A stretch of DNA of 64,000 nt, from NCBI GenBank assembly GCA_038886535.1, contig JAVZXS010000001.1:128001-192000 (forward strand), given 5' to 3'. Shown here in pieces: positions 29,510 through 39,069 of the stretch. A program made the position numbers and the translations under genes. The notes under the pieces are model-generated. The model was not told the origin of the DNA and searched no databases. It saw only the letters and a list, made by a program, of their open reading frames with translations. Positions within the stretch are counted from its first letter, which is position 1; each line of letters starts with the position of its first letter. The DNA is from Candidatus Micrarchaeia archaeon (GTDB lineage: Archaea > Micrarchaeota > Micrarchaeia > CABMEP01).

Positions 29510-30880
29510 TTGATGTTCATAAGCGATAGATATAGTAAGATTTTTGCAAAGGTGTTAAAAAAGATTAAACCTTCAGAGAAAGAACAGGCAAGGCAAAGAG
29601 AAATAGCAATGAAAATAGTTTCAGAATTAGATAGGATTACACCAAAGGATGTTTCAATAGAGCTTGTTGGCTCTACAGCAAAAGGAACAAATCTGAAAGG
29701 TGACATGGATTTTGACGTTTTCATGCTTTTTTCAAAGGACTATTCATTGAAAGATATGCTTACTCTTGCAATGAAATACAGCAAGAAATTCTGCAAGGGA
29801 AGAAAATATGAGATTGCCTATGCGCAACATCCATATGTAAGGACATGGGTGGAAGGAGTAGAGGTAGACATTGTTCCTTCATATAAGATAGAAGATGTTT
29901 CAGAGATGCTTACAGCAGTGGACAGATCTCCGCTTCACACTAAATTTATAAATTCAAGAATAACAGATTCTCAAAGAGATGATGTTAGGCTTCTCAAAAG
30001 GTTTTTGAAAACGCAAAAGATCTATGGTGCAGAAGGCAGAATAAGGGGCTTCAGCGGATATCTTTGTGAACTATTGGTTCTAAAATATGGGAGCTTTTTG
30101 AATGTATTAGATGCCTTCGCAAATATGAAATCAATGCCAATAATAACATTGGGCAATGAGCCAATTAATGAAGAAGAGCTTAAGAAAAAGTTCAGCGATG
30201 CTGCAATGATCGTGATAGACCCAGTTGATCCAGATAGAAACGTCGCAGCTTCTGTTTCTAAGACATCTCTTACAGTTTTCTCATACGCAGCTTCAATATT
30301 CTTAAGCAAGCCTTCAATAAATGCATTTTTGCCATCACAAGAAAAAATAGATAAAAAATGGATAGATAAACAACTTAAGTTGAGAGATTCTTTATTCTTA
30401 GGAATAGAATTTGACAGGCCAAAAGTAGTTGAAGATATCTTATGGCCTCAGATGTATAAATTCGCAAGTAAAATAAAGTCTAAATCAAAGGAACATGATT
30501 TTGAGGTTTTCGATATCGATGAGTATGCAAATGGAAAATGCATGTTTCTCTGTGAGTTTTCAATATACTCTCTTCCAAAAATTAAAAAGATATTCGGCCC
30601 ACCATTATCCCAAAGAGAATATGTGGATAAGTTCATAAGGCAACATAAGGTGACAGAGCCGATATGGTTTGAGGAAGATAGGATATTAGCAGTAGGTGAG
30701 AGAAGATTCACTCATGTAAAGCAACTTTTAGAATACATGCTTTCAAATCCAGAGGAGAATGGCGTTCCACCAGACTTAAGGAAAGTGATTAAATCAGCCA
30801 AGATAATAGATATATCAAAGATAAAGAAGAATTACACTCAGTTTCTATTTGAATATTTGAAAAAGAGAAATATACCTTAA
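29510..30880 (+). CDS. cca: Archaeal (class I) CCA-adding enzyme
   Basis: VGSTAKGT...DMDFD, YAQHPY, DIVP, AVDRSPLH, GFSGYLCELL, DPVDPDRNVAA. Confidence 0.95.
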   Translation: MMFISDRYSKIFAKVLKKIKPSEKEQARQREIAMKIVSELDRITPKDVSIELVGSTAKGTNLKGDMDFDVFMLFSKDYSLKDMLTLAMKYSKKFCKGRKYEIAYAQHPYVRTWVEGVEVDIVPSYKIEDVSEMLTAVDRSPLHTKFINSRITDSQRDDVRLLKRFLKTQKIYGAEGRIRGFSGYLCELLVLKYGSFLNVLDAFANMKSMPIITLGNEPINEEELKKKFSDAAMIVIDPVDPDRNVAASVSKTSLTVFSYAASIFLSKPSINAFLPSQEKIDKKWIDKQLKLRDSLFLGIEFDRPKVVEDILWPQMYKFASKIKSKSKEHDFEVFDIDEYANGKCMFLCEFSIYSLPKIKKIFGPPLSQREYVDKFIRQHKVTEPIWFEEDRILAVGERRFTHVKQLLEYMLSNPEENGVPPDLRKVIKSAKIIDISKIKKNYTQFLFEYLKKRNIP

Positions 30881-31025
30881 AATATTAAAGTTAATTTCTA
30901 ATAATTACAAAACCATATAAAATTGCAATCATATAGAAAAAAATCCAACGTTAGATTACAAGAAAGAGTTATATTCCTTTATCTCTATTATTATATGTTT
31001 TCTAATAAGCTTCATTGGTGTGATT

Positions 31026-31316
31026 ATGGACCATGAAAGTGTAAAGCAGATATCGCAGGTTGCAAGGATCAAGCTTTCTGATGAAGAATTAAAGAGCCTG
31101 GGCAACGAGATGGACATGCTTCTTGCATATTTTGGAAAGGTTCAAGAAATAGACATAGAGGAAGTAGGTGAAAAAACAAGCTATATGCACGGAATTTCAA
31201 ATTCATTAAGAGATGATGAAGTAAAGGAACAAGATGAGGATACAAAGGAAATGATAAGGTCTGAATTCACAAAGCGAGAAGGCAATATTCTTGTAGTCCC
31301 TAAATCTCTAAAATGA
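31026..31316 (+). CDS. gatC: Amidotransferase subunit C
   Basis: VARIKLSDEE, LRDD, VPK; upstream of gatA. Confidence 0.85.
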   Translation: MDHESVKQISQVARIKLSDEELKSLGNEMDMLLAYFGKVQEIDIEEVGEKTSYMHGISNSLRDDEVKEQDEDTKEMIRSEFTKREGNILVVPKSLK

Positions 31317-31336
31317 GTTATTCTTAGTGTGATTAT

Positions 31337-32668
31337 ATGTCAGTAGAAGAGATCGTTCATAAGAGACTTGAACTTATAGAAAAAAGAGATAAGGAAATAA
31401 ACGCATTTATAGAGGTATATTCAAATGAAGCAATAGAGGCAGCAAGAAGAATCGATAAAAAAATTAAGGAAGGAAATGCAGGCTCTCTTGCAGGCCTTAT
31501 AATCGGAATAAAGAACAACATAGCATACAAAGGAAAGTTGCTTACCTGTGGTTCAAATATGCTCAGAGGACACAAAGCAACTTACAATGCGACTGTTGTA
31601 GAAAAATTATTGAATGCTGACGCAGTAATCATAGGTTCATTAAATATGGACGAATTTGCATGCGGCAGCGATGGCACATTCAGTGCATTTAAAATAACAA
31701 AAAACCCGTTAGATTTAGAAAGGGTACCTGGCGGTTCTTCTTCTGGTAGTGGGGCAGCAGTAGCAGCAGGTTTCTGTGACGCAGCTCTTGGAAGCGATAC
31801 TGGTGGCTCAGTCAGATGCCCTGCTGCATTCTGTAATTTGTATGGTCTTAAGCCAACATATGGAATGGTTTCAAGATACGGCCTTGTTGACATGGCTATG
31901 TCTTTGGATCAGATAGGCATAATATCAAAGGATAAGGAAGTGATGAGAAAGGTTTTCCATGTAATAAGAGGAACAGATGCTTATGACCAGACAACACAGC
32001 TTGCAGATAAAATGATATCAAGCGAAAAACCAGTAGCAGAGATAAAAAGGATAGGAATTCCTAAAGAGTTCTTTAATTCAATTGATCCGAGGATAGAAAA
32101 GGCAGTAAGAGATAAAATAAAACAACTAGAATCAGATTTTGAAATCATAGAAGTATCGATTCCAACTTTAAATTACACAGTTCCTATTTATCAGTTGGTG
32201 ATGGCAGCAGAGCTGTCTTCAGCGCTTCAAAAATTTGACGGATTGAGGTATGGTTATTCTGCAGATAGAAATGAGGATCTTTATTCCGCGTTCTCTAAAG
32301 TAAGAGGAGCAGCTTTCGGGAAAGAGATAAAGAGAAGGATAATGATAGGCACATACATCACCATGAAGGAATTTAAGGATGCATGGTATAGCAGGGCGCT
32401 TAAGGCAAGAGAGAAAATGAAATTAGAATTTGCTAGGGTGATGAAAGAGGTTGACATTCTTGCAGGTCCTGCAATGCCAACTCCACCATGGAAGTTCGGA
32501 GAAAAAATGAATCCATTAGAAATGTATGCAGCAGATACATTGACAATAGCAGCGAATCTTACAGGTCTTCCAGCAATAGTATCTCCACTTTCACAGAATA
32601 TTTTTGACGGTGCAATTCAGTATTATGGAAGGCATTTTGAAGACGATGCTTTATTAAATATTGCATAA
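31337..32668 (+). CDS. gatA: Amidotransferase subunit A
   Basis: Amidase signature NMDEFACGS, PGGSSSGS, GSDTGGSVRCPA. Confidence 0.93.
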   Translation: MSVEEIVHKRLELIEKRDKEINAFIEVYSNEAIEAARRIDKKIKEGNAGSLAGLIIGIKNNIAYKGKLLTCGSNMLRGHKATYNATVVEKLLNADAVIIGSLNMDEFACGSDGTFSAFKITKNPLDLERVPGGSSSGSGAAVAAGFCDAALGSDTGGSVRCPAAFCNLYGLKPTYGMVSRYGLVDMAMSLDQIGIISKDKEVMRKVFHVIRGTDAYDQTTQLADKMISSEKPVAEIKRIGIPKEFFNSIDPRIEKAVRDKIKQLESDFEIIEVSIPTLNYTVPIYQLVMAAELSSALQKFDGLRYGYSADRNEDLYSAFSKVRGAAFGKEIKRRIMIGTYITMKEFKDAWYSRALKAREKMKLEFARVMKEVDILAGPAMPTPPWKFGEKMNPLEMYAADTLTIAANLTGLPAIVSPLSQNIFDGAIQYYGRHFEDDALLNIA

Positions 32669-32678
32669 AAGTGAGAAG

Positions 32679-34076
32679 ATGAGTGAGAAGGACTTGGACA
32701 TTGTAATAGGGCTTGAAATTCATATTCAGCTTAAAACAAAAAGCAAACTTTTCTGTAGATGTCCAACAGATTATAGGGATAAGCCAGAGAATACAAACAT
32801 ATGTCCAATATGCACTGGGCAGCCAGGTACGAAGCCATTGGGACTTAATTCTCATGCATTGGATCAGCTTCTAAAGATAGGCATCGCATTGAATTGTAAA
32901 TTCGTTGATTCTTCAGTGATCCAGAGAAAGCATTACTTTTATCCAGATCTTCCTACTGGATTTCAGAGAACATCTAAACCAATAGGTGTAGATGGAAAAC
33001 TAGGAAAGGTAAGGATTAGAGAGATTCACATAGAAGAAGATCCAGGAAGGTATGAATTAAGAGAAGGAACTGTTGATTACAATAGAGCAAACGTGCCTCT
33101 TATTGAGATTGTTACAGAGCCAGATATGAAATCTCCTGCAGATGCCAGGGATTTTCTAGACGAACTTGATGCTATTCTCAATTACCTTGATGCTGGAAGA
33201 GACGAGCCAGGTTCCATTAGAGTAGATGCAAATATAAGTCTCAATGGAGGAACAAGGGTAGAGATAAAAAACATTAATTCATTTAAGGGAGTGTATGATG
33301 CGTTGAATTATGAAATCATAAGACAACAAAACATCCTTAGGCATGGAGGTACAATAGTAAGAGAAACAAGGCATTTCGATGAATCAACCGGAACAACAAC
33401 ATCTCTTAGAAAGAAAGAGACAGAGGATGATTATAGATATATGCCAGATCCTGATGTACCACCAGTTATCATAAGTGAGGAAAGAATATCAGAAATCAAA
33501 AAAGAAATGCCAGAACTTCCAAGGGCAAAGGCTGCAAGATTTGAAACTCAATATAAGATAAAAAGCGATGACGCATGGATCCTATCAATGGATATGCATC
33601 TTGCAAGACTCTTTGAAGAAATGGTCTTTAAGGTGGAATCAAAAGGAACTATAATAGAGGCACAGAAAATTGCATCTTGGATAAGGGGACCGCTCAAAAA
33701 GCAGTTGAACTATAGGAATCTTTCATACAGCGATTCAGGATTAAATTCAGAATGGCTTTCTGACTTATTTATTATGTTCTATAAAGGAGATCTTACAGAC
33801 AGAGGAACAGAACAAGTTCTAATAAAGATGATAGAGACAAAGGAAAACCCATCAAAGATTGCGTCTGATCTTAATCTCCTTAAAATAAGTGACATATCTG
33901 AACTTGAAAAGATAATAGATAAAATTATCTTATCTCAGGAGAAAGCAGTCCAGGACTACTTAAGTGGTAATGAGAAGACACTAAACTTCCTTATAGGTCA
34001 AGTAATAAAAGAGACAAAAGGAAGAGCAGACTCAAAAGTTGTTAAGGAGTTGATACTACAAAGGCTTAAAAGATAA
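32679..34076 (+). CDS. gatB: Amidotransferase subunit B
   Basis: IGLEIHIQL, HYFYPDLP, HIEED, EIVTEP, VEIKN, DYRYMPDPD. Confidence 0.95.
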   Translation: MSEKDLDIVIGLEIHIQLKTKSKLFCRCPTDYRDKPENTNICPICTGQPGTKPLGLNSHALDQLLKIGIALNCKFVDSSVIQRKHYFYPDLPTGFQRTSKPIGVDGKLGKVRIREIHIEEDPGRYELREGTVDYNRANVPLIEIVTEPDMKSPADARDFLDELDAILNYLDAGRDEPGSIRVDANISLNGGTRVEIKNINSFKGVYDALNYEIIRQQNILRHGGTIVRETRHFDESTGTTTSLRKKETEDDYRYMPDPDVPPVIISEERISEIKKEMPELPRAKAARFETQYKIKSDDAWILSMDMHLARLFEEMVFKVESKGTIIEAQKIASWIRGPLKKQLNYRNLSYSDSGLNSEWLSDLFIMFYKGDLTDRGTEQVLIKMIETKENPSKIASDLNLLKISDISELEKIIDKIILSQEKAVQDYLSGNEKTLNFLIGQVIKETKGRADSKVVKELILQRLKR

Positions 34077-34082
34077 ATTATG

Positions 34083-34712
34083 TTAGATTGTTTCCTGTTT
34101 TGTTGCTTGGATTATTCCAACCACTTTTCCAGTGTTGGATATCATTACTATTAATCCATAGTTAGTTGATTCCGAAGTCCATTTTACTATCCATACATCC
34201 GAGTATGGTTTCTTTTCTATTGGATCAAGATATTCTGAGTAGAATTTAGCTGATGCCTTTGCATTTGAATATGTGTTTATGAATCTGTTGACAACATCTG
34301 TCCCTTCAAGAGTATGTGATGCGATTATTGCTTCTTCAGGTGTTCCAAGTATGCAGTTTGCTATTCCTTTGCAGACCTCGCAATTCTTAGTTATGTATTC
34401 TGGTGGGGTTTCTATGAATCCTCTTCTTGGATAATCATAATAAACATTCATTCTTACTGGGCATGGTGATGAGTAGTTGAAGGTAACTCTTGTCTTGATC
34501 TGCCATGTGTTGTTTGCTTCACCAGGTTTCATTTCCAATATCTCTTTTATATCTGCATCTGGATATTTCGAATTCAAATCGTCAAGCACAAACTTTTTAA
34601 CCTCATCTGCATTAAGCGTAGTCGTTTTACTTGATTGCAAACATCCAAACATGAATACCGAATAGATTATGAGACTAATTATCCAAATTTTATTCATTGA
34701 AAATTTGTCCAT
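34083..34712 (-). CDS. Putative lipoprotein/secreted protein
   Basis: Hydrophobic N-terminus ending FMFGC; Cys cluster; start uncertain. Confidence 0.6.
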   Translation of the reverse strand: MDKFSMNKIWIISLIIYSVFMFGCLQSSKTTTLNADEVKKFVLDDLNSKYPDADIKEILEMKPGEANNTWQIKTRVTFNYSSPCPVRMNVYYDYPRRGFIETPPEYITKNCEVCKGIANCILGTPEEAIIASHTLEGTDVVNRFINTYSNAKASAKFYSEYLDPIEKKPYSDVWIVKWTSESTNYGLIVMISNTGKVVGIIQATKQETI

Positions 34713-34845
34713 ATTAACCATCCAGTTGTCAATAGTTGTCAATTATATATTAAAGAGAATGAAATAAAAGTTTAACGTTTTTAACTCATAGATTCATTTT
34801 TTTGTTTTAATTTGTTAATTTTTTGTTGGTTATGAGTTAACATAG

Positions 34846-35388
34846 TTAAAGTGGTATCTCTCCAAAGTAGTTCTTGAATTTTTGTGTAAGCTTTAGTATT
34901 TTCGAGCGCCCTTTTGTTTCAGTTATAATGTACCCTTTCTGCTTAAGTTCTGCAACAGCATCATAAACAGAAGTACCTAGCATTTTTACTATTTTTGATT
35001 GCAATATCCCATTGTTCTTTGCCACAACAGCTAAGACTCTTATTGCACGCTTTGATAATTCGGTTTCCTGCACAATCGGACTAACTATTTCAGTATATTC
35101 AGGCTTTAATCTCATAAGATAACTTTTATCAACCTTTACTATTTCCAGCCAACTTTTCCTTGATGCATACCAATGTTGAAGATTTGAAACCGCTTCTTTT
35201 ATAGAATAAAGATCAGCATTTGTAAGCTTCTGCAAATCAGTTATGCTAACTGCCTTTGCAGCCATAAATAATATTGCTTCTATTTTCTGCTCTAAATTTG
35301 TAATATTATGATCGGCAACTAGCATTTCTTGTTCTGTTTCTTTTACTTTTATTTCTTCTTGTTTCTTCTCTGTTGTCTCTTCTTCCAT
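34846..35388 (-). CDS. scpB: SMC-Scp complex subunit ScpB
   Basis: IEAILF, ELSKRAIRVLAVVA, GRSKILKLTQKFKNYFG. Confidence 0.85.
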   Translation of the reverse strand: MEEETTEKKQEEIKVKETEQEMLVADHNITNLEQKIEAILFMAAKAVSITDLQKLTNADLYSIKEAVSNLQHWYASRKSWLEIVKVDKSYLMRLKPEYTEIVSPIVQETELSKRAIRVLAVVAKNNGILQSKIVKMLGTSVYDAVAELKQKGYIITETKGRSKILKLTQKFKNYFGEIPL

Positions 35389-35397
35389 TATCGCACC

Positions 35398-36147
35398 TTA
35401 TTCTTCTTCAAATTTTAGATTAGGATCTAATTTCTGTATGATTATATCTCCAAAAAATTCTTCTTGGTCAACTGTAATTTTGTTTTTTTGACAAAGATGT
35501 AATAAAGGTAAGAGTGTAAGAACCGTTTCTTTCGGTCCTTTTTTATTCATCAGTTTAAGTAATTCAGAAAATAAAATCATTCCGTTTTCATCACAGTATT
35601 TAGATATAGATTCGTATACACTTTTAGTTTCTTTCTCAATGTCGTACTCAGGCGGTTTGAACTCAAGTACTGTAGGTAAGACAATTCTTTCTTTTTCTCT
35701 TTTCGCTTCTATTTTTATTGCATCTTCAAGAGCGCTTATTAAATCAGGAAGTGTTATTGCTCTTTTCGGTTGCATTCTCATTCTAAGCTGAATCATCTCT
35801 AAAGGTGCAGATTCGACTCCTTCCTCAATGTACACCTCTTCTATTGATGGTTCAGGTTCTTCAAATTGGAATGCCTGTGCTTTAAATCTCAATAATATAG
35901 AAGCTGCTAGGATAACGTTTGCAGGTATGTGCAGATCATAAATCTTCATCTTTCTTATCTTTTCTATGTAACTATTTGTAACCACTGAGATGTCGATGTT
36001 CCATGGATCAAGGTTATTAGAATCCACGATCTCAAGAAGCATTTCTCTCCAAGTAGGCTTATGTACTAATTCTTCTATCTGTTCAATAGATGATGGGTTG
36101 AATCCAACAATTCCTTCGTCTTCTTTTATGAAACTTTCGGTCGCCAT
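35398..36147 (-). CDS. scpA: Segregation/condensation protein A (kleisin)
   Basis: LDPWNIDI, AASILLRFK, ITLPDLI, LPLLHL, QEEFFGDI. Confidence 0.85.
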   Translation of the reverse strand: MATESFIKEDEGIVGFNPSSIEQIEELVHKPTWREMLLEIVDSNNLDPWNIDISVVTNSYIEKIRKMKIYDLHIPANVILAASILLRFKAQAFQFEEPEPSIEEVYIEEGVESAPLEMIQLRMRMQPKRAITLPDLISALEDAIKIEAKREKERIVLPTVLEFKPPEYDIEKETKSVYESISKYCDENGMILFSELLKLMNKKGPKETVLTLLPLLHLCQKNKITVDQEEFFGDIIIQKLDPNLKFEEE

Positions 36148-36283
36148 GAATACACCTATTTAATCTGCCTCATGAATATCTTAAGTCAAATGCTTTTAAA
36201 TTTAACCATTTTTAGATTCCACTGTAATGGTCATCCATCTTTGCCAATTAATACAATTACTACTTTTTATTATTATAAATATA

Positions 36284-36775
36284 TTATTGATTTTTTTCCT
36301 CTTTTTCTTTCGAATAGATTTCCATTTGTTTTCTTTTATTTAATTCATCTAATTTCTTTGCAAGTTCCTCTCTTTTCTTTTGAATTATTTCTGTTTTTTC
36401 TTGTATTGAAATTATGAAATAACTCAATGTTTCGGGTGTCAATTCTATAAATGTTTCATGAGTATTTTTATCATAAAAAGCAACCCTTTTTAAATCGTAA
36501 AATAATCTCCCTCTTATAAGTTTGCATTTGACAGATGCATTAAAATTCGAACCAGTTATTTCATTTTTCCATTCTTTTATTGGTGTATATTCAATTATTC
36601 TATATATTCCTGGCCCAATTTTTACAGTGTCACCTATTCTGACATTAATTTCTTCATCTCCTCTTTTAACAACCATTATTGGTTCTGATTTTCCTTCGAA
36701 TTTAAAAGTAGGTTTAGTATTAGATTTTGTTATTTTAATAGTTATGCCTGATTTAACCTTTTCATTATATTCCAT
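36284..36775 (-). CDS. Hypothetical protein
   Basis: 163-aa ORF, no recognised motif. Confidence 0.55.
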   Translation of the reverse strand: MEYNEKVKSGITIKITKSNTKPTFKFEGKSEPIMVVKRGDEEINVRIGDTVKIGPGIYRIIEYTPIKEWKNEITGSNFNASVKCKLIRGRLFYDLKRVAFYDKNTHETFIELTPETLSYFIISIQEKTEIIQKKREELAKKLDELNKRKQMEIYSKEKEEKNQ

Positions 36776-36896
36776 ATTCTCACTTTGCTATATAGGGATT
36801 TTAATAAAATTTAACTAAGAATAACATCCAAATCAAGTATTTATATATTTCCATAAAGGATAATTTTAATTTAAAATTAAAAATAAAGATTTCTGT

Positions 36897-37892
36897 CTAT
36901 AAAGATATTCCACCGAAAATTCTATCTATTATGAATCTTCCAACATAAAATACTCCAAGAGAAACAATTAGAAACGGAAGAATGTATTTGATAAAGTTTG
37001 ATTTCTTTCCAGTATTTATAACTGATATTATTAATGTAGCTATAATACTGGTAATTATTACAACTATTATAGCGAAGAGATTGAACTCTGCAGAATTAAT
37101 CGCAGGTGAAGTTGGATTAATTTGAGAGTATTGGCTGACTGCAATTCCAGTAGTAGGTTGACTTACCCAGAGCTTTTCAAATAGGCTTATAAGCTTACTT
37201 GAAACCACATATAAGAAAGGTGCACCAACTGCAGCACTAAATCCTATGAAGATAGAATACATGATCATAGATGCGCTTACTTCTTTATGTATTATCTGTT
37301 GATTTCTAAGATCCATAGCCGTTTTTTCAAGTATTCCTGCTATCTCTCCACCAGATTCAATTCCTTCCTTTATAAGTTCTATTGATCTGTCGAGATATCT
37401 AGAATTAAATCTTTCGGAAAGTTTGTCAAGCGCCTCATTTATTGTCTCTCCACCAAATATTCTTTTAGAAGCGATCTCTACTTCTTTTGATAAAAGTCCA
37501 AATTCAGGTTTTGCAGCGTACCAAAGTGCCTTTTCTATTTGCATCCCTGCTCTTACATTCGCTGCAGCAAGCTGCAAGAAATCAGGAAGTACTTTTTCAA
37601 CTTCTGTTCTTCTCTCATCTATCTTTAACTCTATATATTGGTATATTGAACCAAGAAGAATTATATTTATAACAATGAATGAAAGTAATAGTAATACTAG
37701 ATTTTTGAAAAGAAGGTAAGAAACTATGAATGAGAATATTATTGAAAAGACAAAATAAATTATAAGTATACCTGCAGCGTATTCAGGATCGAGTTCTATT
37801 CCAGCTTCAGAAATTTTCTTCCCTATTCTTTTAACATTATCTCTTTGAAGCAATCTACCTAAAGCCTCTATTTGTTTTTCTAACGGAAGCAT
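36897..37892 (-). CDS. Type II/IV secretion F-family (TadC-like) membrane protein
   Basis: LPDFLQLAAANVRAGM, EFGLLSKE, ESGGEIA. Confidence 0.85.
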   Translation of the reverse strand: MLPLEKQIEALGRLLQRDNVKRIGKKISEAGIELDPEYAAGILIIYFVFSIIFSFIVSYLLFKNLVLLLLSFIVINIILLGSIYQYIELKIDERRTEVEKVLPDFLQLAAANVRAGMQIEKALWYAAKPEFGLLSKEVEIASKRIFGGETINEALDKLSERFNSRYLDRSIELIKEGIESGGEIAGILEKTAMDLRNQQIIHKEVSASMIMYSIFIGFSAAVGAPFLYVVSSKLISLFEKLWVSQPTTGIAVSQYSQINPTSPAINSAEFNLFAIIVVIITSIIATLIISVINTGKKSNFIKYILPFLIVSLGVFYVGRFIIDRIFGGISL

Positions 37893-37896
37893 ATAT

Positions 37897-38781
37897 TCAA
37901 ACCTCGTAGCTTGGTCTACTTAATTCAATATATGATAGGAAAGCATATTGCACTATTGCGATTAATGGAACTAGTGCCCATACATTTATACCTGTCAATT
38001 TTATACCTGCAAATGATAACAGCAATATACCTATGCTTATACCTAAAGATGGGAAGATTATTCCTATAACCAAATAAAACATTACTAAAGGATTCAATTT
38101 TTGTCCGTACTCCTTTATCTCTATTACCTGCTCTTTAGATATTTGATCTAAAACTGTTTCTAATGAATTTGCAACATCAGCTCCTGATCTTACAGAATTA
38201 ACTATCTGTAGGATCAGTCTTCTGAAAGATGGAGAAGGACAATCTTCAATTGTTTCTTGCATTGCAGTGTCCAAAGGCACGCCAAGAAAAACTTTCTCAG
38301 CTATTTTATTAAACTCCTTACTGACTTCCCCATAATTGCTTTTTGATATTGCAACAATCGAGTCAAATAAAGGCAACCCTCCCTTCAATGCAATCCACAT
38401 ATGTCTTCCTGCAAAGAGAAGTTCCTTATCTATCATCCTTCTTCTTCTTGAAGCTAATGCCTTTGGTTGCTGAATAAATAACAATACTGAAAATGGAACA
38501 TATATTATTGCAAGAGGAATGAGAAGTAAAATATTAACTGACTGTAGCATGAAAAGTATGTAAGTGAGTATTATAAGCGAGATAGTGAGTAATCCGGCCT
38601 TTATCAAGGATTTTTCAACAAATTCATCCACAGTTTGAGTCATTCCTGCCTCTCTCATCTTTTTTTCAAGCCAAGGAAATCTAGATTTAGTGTAATTTAT
38701 TAAACTAACCTTAAGGTCAATTTGCTTAATGTTTTGTTCTGCTTTACTTTTTTGTTCATTTTCAATTTTTATTTCATCCAT
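37897..38781 (-). CDS. Type II/IV secretion F-family (TadB/C-like) membrane protein
   Basis: IDKELLFAGR, GLPLFD, YGEVSKEF, RSGADVA, YGQKLNP. Confidence 0.85.
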   Translation of the reverse strand: MDEIKIENEQKSKAEQNIKQIDLKVSLINYTKSRFPWLEKKMREAGMTQTVDEFVEKSLIKAGLLTISLIILTYILFMLQSVNILLLIPLAIIYVPFSVLLFIQQPKALASRRRRMIDKELLFAGRHMWIALKGGLPLFDSIVAISKSNYGEVSKEFNKIAEKVFLGVPLDTAMQETIEDCPSPSFRRLILQIVNSVRSGADVANSLETVLDQISKEQVIEIKEYGQKLNPLVMFYLVIGIIFPSLGISIGILLLSFAGIKLTGINVWALVPLIAIVQYAFLSYIELSRPSYEV

Positions 38782-38843
38782 CTCTTCACTCCTTTTTGAT
38801 TTATTTCCAATCAGTATATAAGTATATGTAGTTTATTTTATAA

Positions 38844-39047
38844 TTATTTCTTTGTAAGGCGTTTTATTAAATAAAGTCTTCTAAGTTCAGACATAGCTTC
38901 TCCATAATCCATAGTGAAGATCTCAACTGCTTCTTCTTCTTCCTCTACGTGTTTTGGTAGTATTTCTTTTTTCTGTTTTTCCATTTCTTTTATTTCATTA
39001 ATGGTAGCTGTAAAACTTTTTCTTATAGTTATTATTTCTCCAGTCAT
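38844..39047 (-). CDS. Small hypothetical protein inside the pilus ATPase operon
   Basis: 67-aa ORF between ATPase and TadC genes, GTGGT SD-like. Confidence 0.5.
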   Translation of the reverse strand: MTGEIITIRKSFTATINEIKEMEKQKKEILPKHVEEEEEAVEIFTMDYGEAMSELRRLYLIKRLTKK

Positions 39048-39069
39048 TTAACCACATTGCTAATTATAT

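Noticed and set aside
36200..36245. GATGGATG and TCTAAAA fragments on the minus strand similar to the CRISPR repeat
   Set aside because: Short, wrongly spaced, expected by chance
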